This document shows, one piece after another, positions 12,836 to 24,200 of a DNA stretch of 64,000 nt. The stretch lies in assembly GCA_030141605.1 (NCBI GenBank), contig JAQGDQ010000119.1, positions 243,005 through 307,004 of the forward strand. The letters are read 5' to 3'. The position numbers and the translations under genes are program-made. Source of the DNA: Tubiluchus corallicola (lineage: Eukaryota > Animalia > Priapulida). Each line of letters opens with the position of its first letter. Positions within the stretch are counted from its first letter, which is position 1. The notes beneath the pieces are model-generated. The model had not been told where the DNA came from, did not search any database, and saw nothing but the letters and a program-made list of their open reading frames with translations.

Positions 12836-12914
<79 letters not shown>

Positions 12915-13384
12915 CTCTTTCTCTTTGTCTCTCTCTCCTCGCCCCTCTCTCTCTTTCTCTCTCTATACCGCTCTTTTTCCTATGTGATCTTCTGTAAACT
13001 AGTGTAGTAGTTTAAATTACGCTGATAAATCATCTTACTTCATCAAAAGGTTTACTACAACTGACTAGAATGTTAGGTCTATAGTTTAGTTCAGAAACTT
13101 TTATGTCTGGCACTTGACGAGCAAAATCTTCTACAGATTCCTGGACGATCAAGTGAACTGGAGCAATGTCTTGGTACGCCGTCTAAAATTAATGAAAGTT
13201 TACAATTATTCATTAACAGTTGCCAAAGAAACAGTGTTGGTGTAATCTGTATAAATAAGATTCTGAATAATTTGTATTACATTTTGCAAATTGTAATTTA
13301 TTAATCAACAAGTGAATGCACCATAATTCATATTGCTAGACCTAATAATTGCTGAAGTGGATATTAGTAGAATTTATAGTGGAA

Positions 13385-13419
<35 letters not shown>

Positions 13420-13429
13420 CATTATCATT

Positions 13430-13509
<80 letters not shown>

Positions 13510-13588
13510 ATCATTATCATTATCATTATCATTATCATTATCATTATCATTATCATTATCATTATCATTATCATTATCATTATCATTA

Positions 13589-13621
<33 letters not shown>

Positions 13622-16189
13622 TTTATTATTATTATCATCATCATCACATTGTCAGCATCCCCACCATCACCATCATCATTATCGTTATCATTATCGTCAT
13701 CATTTCATGCATGTAGGTACCTTGTCTTTGCTAAGACATAAATGTTTCACGTGTTCGTTGTCTTTGACGAATCTCAGCTGGAACTCCGGAAGGAAGTACA
13801 TTATTCTACATCCGGATTTCTGCAGACAGGTGGAAATCCAGTCAGCAGCTGCTTCTCCACAGTCACCTCCATGAGCTTCTGTGCGGTGGATTCTGAAACG
13901 GGACGTTGTATTTGTTACATGTGGGGTGACGATGGCTGACTGGTTGGTTGGTTAGTTGACTAGTTGGTTGGTTGGTTCGTTGGTTGGTTGGTTGGTGATT
14001 GGTTGTTTGTTTGTTTGTTTATTTGTTGGTTGGTTGGTTGTTTGGTTGGTTGGTTGGTTGGTTGGTTGGTGGATAGTTGGCTGGTTGGTTGGCTGGCTGG
14101 CTGGTTGATTGGTTGTTTGTCTGTTTGCTTGTTTGTTCGTTGGTTGATTGGTTGGTTGGTTGGCTGGTTGGTTGGTTAATTGATTGGTTGGTTGTTGGTT
14201 GGTGGTTAGTTGGCTGGTTGGTTAGCCGGTTGATTGGTTGGTTGGTGGTTGGTTGGTTAGTTGGTAGTTTGTTTGTTTGTTTGGTTGGTTGGGTGACTGG
14301 TGATTAGTTGGCTGGTTGTTGATTTGTTGGTTGGTTGGTTGGTTGGTTGGTTGGTTCGTTCGTTTGTTCTATTGTTGATTTTCATAGAAGATAAAAAGTA
14401 AGCTAATAATTCAGTTAATTGGTTGGTTAGTTAGTAGTTTGTTTTAGTATGATTGGTTTGTTCTGGTTACTTGATTTGTATTGATACAATCCGCAATTTT
14501 GCAAATGTAAATGTAGTTGTAGTGCCACAGCTATATTGTTGAAGAAACTATAATCAGTAATTCACTACTTTTTGAGGCACTAGTTTGCGATTGTAAGTTC
14601 AATTTATTTTAAAGATAATTTACTCCAACACTGCATTTGTATGAAATTTGTTAACTGCAACTATAAGTTTTGGAAAGCACACTAACTATTAATTTCATAT
14701 ATTGTTACTTTATTCTTGTGACGTTGTCCTCCCCTGGGAAGTCCATGTGGATGGGAAGTTTCAGCGTTTCCATGTTTTCCGCGTTTAAGTGTAACTCGTT
14801 TGCGTGTACGCTGGTGACAATAGTCGCCAATTTTGGCACTCGTCTTTGCGTGAGCATATTTCCCTTTTCATCCACAACTATCCAATGCCTGAAATATTTG
14901 GCAATACATAATGTAAAAAATACATACGTTAATGATAGAGCGGATAGTCATGTGCAGACCCGTCTGGGTTCCATACTCGCTCTGAGTAGTTATTTGCCTT
15001 ATTTATATATACAAACATGGCCGAAACACCTCGGATGGTTCTATGGCTCATCTTAGGGTGATACTCTTGACAATGGATTAATCTCTAGTCACACCACAGA
15101 CATCGCATAGATTATACCTTGGCTTTGAGTGCTAGATTGCGGCCTGTAGTGCGCCGAAGTTATATGAAAAAGAAACTTGTGACGTATAACAGGCCTGTAG
15201 AGGATTTATACCCCTTACATGCACCCAGTACCGGATTATCCTATAAGCTATCACAGGCTGAAGCCTAAGGCCCCTCCAGCTTTGGTAACATTTGGTAAAA
15301 AAATCTGTTCTTCTACTACGATTGAGTTGAAAAATATGCTTATTTGGTTTGCGATAAATAGTAAAATAGTGGTATTTCTTAAAGAATATTTTTATTGCCA
15401 AAGAAAAGATAGTTTATCTAGTTTATTTAAAGAATTTGCAATAAGTTTACTTTAAGCTATGTAAATGTCGCTAAAATATATTACGAGCAAAAAATACTCA
15501 AGACTGGTGCGAGCGAGTTAGAAGGTGGCTCCGTCTGAAGGCCCCATAGTTTCATTAGCAAGGAAGCCCCAAAAGGTCATCCGGTTCCTCCATGTACGCA
15601 CTTTGCACTTCCAACATAAGCATGTTACCGATAATATCAAATTTCTCAAAAAAATAATAATAGAGCGATAAAACATCACGACAGTTTTCAGTGAGCGATA
15701 ACGATGCGCTACAAAGTAACTTACAAACTGATTAAAACGTTGAGTCTCTGACTAACTGACTGAGCCTGACTGGTTGACTGACCGACTGACCGACTGACTG
15801 ACTGATTGACTGACTGACTGACTGACTGACTGACTGACTGACTGACTGACTGACTGAATGAATGCATTAATGCATGAATGAATGAATAATTAATTAATTA
15901 ATTAATTAACTGAATTGACTGATTGACTAGACGACTAACTGAGTACAAGTTACCTGTCGTTTATGTTCTTGTACTGTAATCCCATTTCAAATGAGTCAGC
16001 TTCGGTGGCCTCTATTCCTCTGCACGACTTCACAGGATAAATGTAAATTTTTGTAACTTTCCCAACTTGCACGAATTCTTTCTTTCTCTTTGTCCATTGG
16101 CTGTACAGGTAACCCGCGACTAGCACCCCAGCTACGGTGCCTGCTAGCAGTCTTGCTCCACAGTTGCTACGACACGGCCACCAAGACAT
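10905..16189 (-). CDS. MTARC: mARC (mitochondrial amidoxime-reducing component, MOSC domain) paralog D, 332 aa; exons 16189-15954, 14888-14709, 13892-13721, 13182-13039, 12715-12576, 11031-10905
   Basis: All introns GT-AG, phases 2,2,0,0,2, total 999 nt. N-terminal TM helix, YPVKSC, DR-HW, TQR, DCG, AYQD, YRPN, CGRC, YR, G-x-I-x-VGD. Confidence 0.93.
12838..12965. repeat. (CT)n microsatellite
   Basis: Directly visible, in mARC-D intron 4. Confidence 0.95.
13385..13703. repeat. (ATT/ATC)n and (ATCATT)n compound microsatellite
   Basis: Directly visible, in mARC-D intron 3. Confidence 0.95.
13937..14368. repeat. Degenerate (TGGT)n tetranucleotide repeat
   Basis: Directly visible. Confidence 0.93.
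15748..15940. repeat. (GACT)n/(GAAT)n/(TAAT)n microsatellite
   Basis: Directly visible. Confidence 0.9.
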
Positions 16190-17699
16190 GTTACAGAGTC
16201 AGAAACAGCAGGTGAAGTTAATTTTTTACTTGTTTATTTACCTGCATATAAGAGTTACATTTATAAAAAATAAACTCTTTTATTGCAAAAGAATGAGCAA
16301 AAATGAAAGTAACACTTACATAACTAGGATTGGCAAAAATATCAATTCAGTGCCCCCAACTGATAAAAGAAGGCATTTAGGCCTATTGTATATAGATCTT
16401 CCCTAATGAGGCTAGTGACTGAGTTATAGAAGGTGAGAAAATTTTCAGACACCAAATGAATGTATAGAACATGTTCATGTTATTAAAACAAAATCACAAA
16501 AAGTTTCAAGGAATGCCTGTTTCATCCTCAACTGTAAGTTTTAAAATGTGTAGTTAGCAAAACATATTTTGAACATTTACAACAATGATGACACAAAACC
16601 GATGTTCAAACGCTTTATAATTTGCTTTTATCAACATTAATATGTTCCATATAACCATTCTGCATCTGTTGGTTTTTCTCTTGAGGAACAGTGAAGTTAC
16701 ACTTAACAGGGAAGCAATTTTCTTAGTGAATTACACAGACAAAAAGCCAGAGGAAAAAAACTGAATATATAAATGGATGCCCTTCATCTAAGATTGTCCA
16801 AGAAAATAAGCGTAAAAAGTAGCAGCAAAACGAATGCTACGAGCAAACTCTCAGACAGTGTAGTATCCCGCGAGCCCAAACACAATGAAACCACTATAAT
16901 AATGCGGTAACAATTTATCTCAATCACTAATTAGGTTCTTCTTAGCCACTTGTCACAGTCACCCGCTAGGTACAACGATTACAGTTCATCGACATTCGAC
17001 AACTGTAGTTCCCTTTCTGCAGTTCATGCTGTGTACAAATTTCATAAGCACAATGCACTAGTAAATTAGTAATGCACTGAATTGTGCTGACATCACATGT
17101 AAGGATAAATTTTAAACTTATTTGGTGGCCTGCATTTTGCATATTCATTCAGCAAAGTGTAAATAACAAAGCACAGAAAATTATGAATACTCTCAATAGA
17201 TTTGTAACCGTACAGCTGCATAATCATACTAAAATGCCCGCAGCAGTTATGGAGTGCAGTTGGGTCGATACGAATAACCTTGAAACTAACCCAGCGTTAA
17301 GAAAATCAAGCAAGCTCTCTAGTACGGTCTAGAGTTCACGACTTGGCATGCCAAAACATCCAGCTACTTTAGTACGTTAGTAAAGGTTTTCTCGTCAAAG
17401 TATAATTTTAAATTAAATTCAATTTTTGATGAATTGTTTTGGATTTTTCCAGCGCATACAGGAGACAAAAGGTGTTAACTTATAATAAGTTAAAAAGTAG
17501 ATTTTTTGATTACCCGTTTTACAGAGTTCTCGTAATAATTTATCATTATTACTACCATTACCCTTGCGTATCATTCTTTTAGATCTCTACGGCAATTGAA
17601 CATACAAAATATAATAATCTGATGCTAATAATAATTTATTGACGATTCAGCACACGACCGTTTTACAATTCATTACAATAAATAACAAATACAATGCAA

Positions 17700-18196
17700 T
17701 AGTAGTAGTAGTAGTACAGTTTATTGACTATAAATACAATGATTAATACAACTGGGTTAGCAGAAAATAATAAAATTTACAGTCCATTCATTATTCTTTT
17801 CAAGAATTTATCACAGATGGATCATATTAGCATATAAAATAATATAGTTGTACTAACTTTATATCATTGAAAAAGTGGTTATACATTTTAGTTTGATGTT
17901 TTAAGCGAATAGTAAACATTAATAAAACCACTGTTAGTTTTGAAAAGTTTGTAGCACTTGAGAGCAAATTTCAAATGCATGGTTGCTCTCCATAATATTA
18001 GACAGTGCAGAAAAGTTCACACTATGATATTTCCTTCTAGTTTCTGTAATTAAGTTACAGTTCATTAATACATGTTTTTCTGTTTGTATCTCTCCGCATG
18101 TACATAGTCTTTGGTTTCTATCTTCGCCATCCCCATCTACCGGTCTCAATTCTTAAGTGATGTGCTTGTAGCCTTAGTCGAGAGAAAGCTATCTTA
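17700..18196 (-). mobile_element. 5'-truncated RTEX-like LINE 3' end with CCHC zinc knuckle and (CTA)n tail
   Basis: IAFSRLRLQAHHLRIETGRW, frameshift, then RNQRLCTCGEIQTEKHVLMNC. AATAAA and a (TAG)n run at 17700-17725. Confidence 0.8.
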
Positions 18197-18269
18197 AATA
18201 CATTACAGTGCGAAAAAGAACTAGGCGGACATAACTGTGCACGTGAGGTGTATTCGGTGGCTTTTTTAT

Positions 18270-21200
18270 TTATTTGTAAGTAGCAAACACCGGGTCCCCG
18301 ACTTTGATTCTTCCCACTTTATCCGTTGACAGGAAAACTCCCATCATTCCTTTATTCCCGTAGATATGTTTCTCTGCGTCCAAGGGTGGTCTGTACCTAA
18401 AATGAAATAAAAACCTGGTCGTAACATCGTCACTGGTACGTGGTTATGTCGTGTGACTTGTTAGGGTAGATTTTTCATGGTGTCTTGGTGCGAGTTCGAG
18501 TCCCTCTAGCAGCATTTTTGCAATTTGTTTAGCTAACATACAGTTACGAAATAATAGTTACATACTTTCTCTTACAGTTACTTAAAGAAATTGATACACT
18601 ATTAAGATATGATACACAATTACGTATCAAGATTTTACTACGCCCTAGGCTGATAGTTCTGTCCCGCCCATCTCTATTTATGATTGTTTATGTAATGAGG
18701 CAATAAAACAATTACTTGTGGTGTATTAGAAACACTATTAACCTGGTTTCTACGTGGTCATTACAATTACAAGTATTTGCCTAGCGCTTATACTGAAGCA
18801 GGCTGCGCAACTGCTTGCTTGTTGTGTTATACCTTGCACCTTTTCGTTACGTGGCACTTATATGGAAGCTGGGGTCAGTAAACTGCCAGTGGTGTGTTAT
18901 AAAATGTGTCTTTTACGTGAATATTTTCTGAGGCGAGTAAGAAATTTTTCTAAAATGTGACGCCCTCAAACTTTGGCGGCCTAGGATATAGCCTAGTTAG
19001 TCTATTGGTTAATACGCCCCTGGGTGCACTAAAGCCTGTATACCGAATAATGTAAAAAAATTCCTACAGAGTTTATCTTCTCAGTGTTTATTTACTCAAT
19101 CCAAAAACTGATTACAGTAACTCTATGCTACAGTACAGCGGGGCGGTTATTTATAACAAAGTAGATGAAAATTTAAGATTCAAAGCATGTCTAAGGCAAA
19201 TAAATTTTATTCTTCTCTAGAAACATTAGATTTTCTATTATTAACATTAAAATTATTGATCTTTTGTCTGTTTTAAGTCATTTAAAATGACTTAGTTGAA
19301 AGTGGCTTGTATCCCTAGAGATAGGAGAGTGCGCCAATGTGTTAAAGTAAGCGTTCAAAGCGAAAAGCGTGTTTTTTTGCCATTGCCCTTTTACAGCATG
19401 TATATGTACATGTACTTATACATGTAATTAAGTTTTAAGGTTGTGTTTTCCTGTATTTTATGTGTCACACTAATTAAAATTTAACACTTAAACACAGATT
19501 TATTGACTAAAATTTTACAGACTGATCTTTGCCTTATGTATTATTTTACAAACGGTTTTATAATTTGTCTATTTTAGTACATTTGTTTAATTTTGTTAGT
19601 ATTTGTTTTATTAGGATTAATTTTGCAAACAACTTTAACTTGTCTAATTTAGTGCTTTTATCTAATTTTTGCTTTCAGCCTATGTCTAAGTCTACAAAGT
19701 ATAGTATGATTTGCCCGTTTTAGTACTTTAGTCGGTTTTCCGTTTTGTTTAATTTTAAGGCATTTGTGTTTTATTTTTATTTTAACAAATTCTAACATGC
19801 CATGGATCAGTATAGAATTATTGTACATACAATTTAATGTGTTCCATGTAAAAAGTTCTAATCTATTCTATTCTGTTCTATTCTATTCTATTCTGTTCTC
19901 TTCTCTTCTCTTCTCTTCTCTTCTCTTCTCTTCTCTTCTCTTCTCTTCTCTTCTCTTCTCTTCTCTTCTCTTCTCTTCTCTTCTCTTCTCTTCTCTTCTC
20001 TTCCCTTCCCTTCCCTTCCCTTCCCTTCCCTTCCCTTCCCTTCCCTTCTCTTCTCTTCTCTTCCATTCCATTCCATTCCATTCCATTCCATTCCATTCTA
20101 TTCTATTCTATTCTATTACATAATTTAAATTTTTACGTACTTTTCTAGCAATTTCTTTGCGGTAAACTTCTTGTCCATTAGACCAGTTTCTGGATCAACA
20201 CAAGTAAAAGCACAACGGGGACACTGAAACATCACTCTCCCTGAAGCCGTCTGTCCTATTTGATATGCAGACCATTTTTCCTGGAACACAAAATTGCACA
20301 GGCCAATGTAAACTGAGGACAGAAAGTATGAAAACAAACCAGCAAGAGGTTGTTGTTAAAATAATGAAAAAAAAAGCTGAAAGCGACCAGCGTTTTGCCC
20401 AGAATATAGTAACGAAGCGCAGACCGTGTCAAAATTGACACTTCATCATTATAATATAAGTCGGATTTCCTTAATGATGGGAAAAATTACCCTACACTGA
20501 TTGGCTAAAATGAACTATATAATTTATACTGTTATTACAGTGTAGTGCAGATGAAAATGCAGAGTTGTAAATGACTCTCGAATAAATGACAGAAATGACT
20601 CTCGAATCTTGGGCTTGTGACAAAAGGGTTTTCTTTTATTTTGCCAAGCACTTTAACTATATTTAACTCTTTTAAGAGAAATTAATTAAAAATTAATTAA
20701 CTTCCAAAAAACACCTGGCAAACCAAAAAAAAAACAACTTGGATAGGCTAGCTAAGATACATAAAGATGTTCAACAACTTCAACCATATCTAGTCTTTAA
20801 GAGTAGAAGAACTTACACTGCTAGCAGCGGATAGAAGAAGTGGGTAAAATACTCTAATAAATGTCAATTGTTAAACTGCCTGTGATACTAATGCTGGACG
20901 AAAACGTTTAAGCTTCCTCTGCGTGATTCACAGAATTGTCTACTAGACCATACTACGTTCGCTTTTTTAGGAAAACCTGTACAGCCTGTGGAACACTTAG
21001 AGGCAGCCTATCTCGTAGTAGTAATTCACAAAGTTTGTTATAAGTGATATTATAGTTAAAAATGTTCAGCGCCGTGGATTATGCCAGAACTTGAACCAAA
21101 TAAAAATCTCTAGGAACCACGTAGCTATGCATGTGGAATCATCTACCTGTCTATACGTCATAATTTGTTGCCATGACACACACCACGTTATCTTAGCAAT

Positions 21201-24200
21201 CTTTGTGCCTTAGTTACGGCGAAGATACTAGGCACACCATTTGAAGGGCAGAGCTCAGGGCCCACAGAAGTCTTTCATATTTCTTGGAGTTTGTGTGTAA
21301 ACTATGCAGTCTTTTAAGCATGATAATTTCTTGCGATGTCCGTCTTGGCGCGTTTCTGATGTTCCAGGTTTGGGCGACGTTTTAAGTCGTAGATTGAGGA
21401 CTAAAGGTGTCAAACAGGTACAAAACTGGCGTTTTACCCAACAGCATGTGCTAGGAAAGTATAAAAAGGTGTACAAAGTGCCACATACGTGTACATTTTG
21501 GCTTCATGTAGGTTTGGTTTCATGTTGATTTTATGGTGAATGAACACACGTATTTGGCATAACTGCCTATAATTTTGGCTTGTTTTGCAGAACAATAGTA
21601 ATAGTTACATGTAGCTGTACAGTACTGTTTAATTCAATTACTACTTATTTGCACATCTGACAAAATTACATTGTGCTGGGACAATCAGCGCCTAATTACA
21701 AACATTGCCATTCACAATAAAGCACGATGCGACTTATGCTGTACCCAAGTTAGTATTCACACCACAACGCTAAAATTAAAAATTAGTTAATTAAAATAAA
21801 CAAAAACAAGCTTTATGTATAATTACAATCTGCATAAGAGTGAATTACAGTAAAAAAATAAAATAGTAATAGTACAAAACACACGAAACACATTGTACGT
21901 GATATTCAGCTAAACTAGATTCAACTAAAAAATTATAGTGCCAATATTTAAAGTACACATCAAATTAAGGAAATATTTTCAATTTGTCATTAAAATTACA
22001 TCTGTCTAAGGCTGATTTGAAAGCTTTATCAGAGTTTGAACAGCTTCTTCTGGCAGTGAAATCCACAACGATATTGTACGTGCAAAGGAAGTCTTACTGT
22101 AAACGTAGTGTATGCTCTTGATATTGCAATACATGGCTTAAAAAGTCCCTATTCTCTCAGGCGGATGATGTGTTGAAACAGTATCTACAGATGAATGACA
22201 ACCAGGACTCGGAAGAGTTCAAGAACTGGTTGAGGCACAATAGTGGGGCCACCTCGCTCCAGTGTGATAAATGTTGCCAGGCTATGAAAGAATGGAGCGA
22301 AAGTCGCTTCAAATTGCATCCTCACATTGTTAGGGGAATCACGATTTTCTGGTGTGGCTTCTGTCTTGGTGCATGGTTGAAATCACTCGAAGGCTATGCA
22401 CAGAGAGGTTAAAGAATATGTTGTAAAACTTTTGGACAACCGTTGAATGTAAGAGGTAGGTGTTACCATAATGACATCTAAAGCAAATCGGCATTAATTT
22501 AAATGCATAATATTGCTTATATTAATGAACAGTTGATAGTGCTAAGGCAATATTGCAGTTTAAAAATTCCTTCTAGGGTTAAAATAAATTTAACAACAAT
22601 TTATAAAGGTTATTATGAAGATAACAAAGTCAATAATAAAGGCTTTTCACAGTTTCAGCGATTGGAGATGATCGTAAAAAAAGTCAAAAGTTAAGTGTAC
22701 CTAAAACAACTGAAGTTATTGCACTGATGCGGCAGACTGCTTTATCCACATGTCATGTGACGGTTGAAGTTAAGACGCACTTTTCTGGGATTCGCTTAAC
22801 CTTTGACCTACAGCAACTGTGCGTGCACACAACGAAACTGTGAAAAGGCTTATTATGGTACTTGAGTGATTCAGTAAAAAGAAATACACATTACTACTTT
22901 TTATTTCGCGTCACTAAAATATTTTCTCTTTTTTTCCAGGACTCGTTACTGTCCTTTGCTTATGCGCTTTGTACAAAGAGGTTTAAGCCTCCCAGTGGGA
23001 CAATAAGTTTTGGAATAAATAATTGCCATGATGTCAAAACTGCTGTTTGGACTTTCATTGAATAATGTCATGATGGCTGAGTTTCATAATTCCCTACTCT
23101 CTAGAAATTAGGAAGCAGATTAGGGTTAGGATAAGGATTAGGGTTAGGGTTGAGATTAGGATTAGGGTTATGGTATTTAAATTCTGTGGGGAATTGTAAA
23201 CTCCTTCCTAATAATATAATGATAGTTCTTCGATATGACACAAATTTTGCGTTTCTCACTTTGCTTTTAAAATGTTGGTTCTATTACTGTTACTATTACA
23301 TTATTGACCAGACAAATGAGACAAACTTTAAAAAGACAAAAAGTGACCGAAACCCCAGTGGGCAGGGTTAAGCCAAACAAATTTAAATTAAAACATTTGG
23401 TATTATATCAGTCATTTACCTCGTCAAAAGCTTTACAGCCATTTACTACAATATTCGGTCGGTAGTTTAATGCTGAGACATTTATGTCTGGCACTTGATG
23501 AGCAAAATCATCAACAGATTCCTGGGAAACTAAGTGAATGGGACCTTTTCCTTGGTAAGCAATCTGAAAAAAGTGCTGATCTAAGTATGCACAATCAAAA
23601 ACATGCCAAAATGTAACAAACGTTAGAAAATGTATATAATTATTATGGCGTGTACCCAATTCAGCCTCACACAGATGTCGCCACTGACTACTTTTAGCTC
23701 CAGTCATTATCAGTCAATCAATCAATCGATCGATGAATCAGTCGGTCAGTCAGTCGGTCGGTCAGTCAAGTCAGTTAGTCAGTCATTCAGTCAGTCAGTC
23801 AGTCAGTCGATCAGTCAGTCAGTCAGTTAATCAGTCAATCAAGGCAATCATCAGTTTATTTCACACATGAAACTGCACATAGGAAATAAAAGACTATCAT
23901 CTTAAATAGATAAAAATGTTTCTCCACAGTACTGGTCGTGTGATGCTGACATGATCTAAACTTGCTTTTGTCACCCAAAATAGTTGTGGTCATCGATACC
24001 CAACTTTGTCAACTAACATTTTTGCCAAGCCCTTAAAACTTGAATTGAGGATAAGAACAGAGAGGATATGCAACAATGGCTTTTTACTGCTTGATAAGAA
24101 TTTTCGACGTATAAAAATTATTAAAAATCTTGCCTGGTAGTGTTTAGTAATTATTGGACTCCTTTACTCGCTTTTAAAGGGACTTAAAATTGAATTCGCT

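Noticed and set aside
14670-15056. 128-aa + strand ORF (similar cases at 24632, 29062, 30499, 37940)
   Set aside because: Antisense to mARC exons. They resemble each other only because the exons are paralogous.
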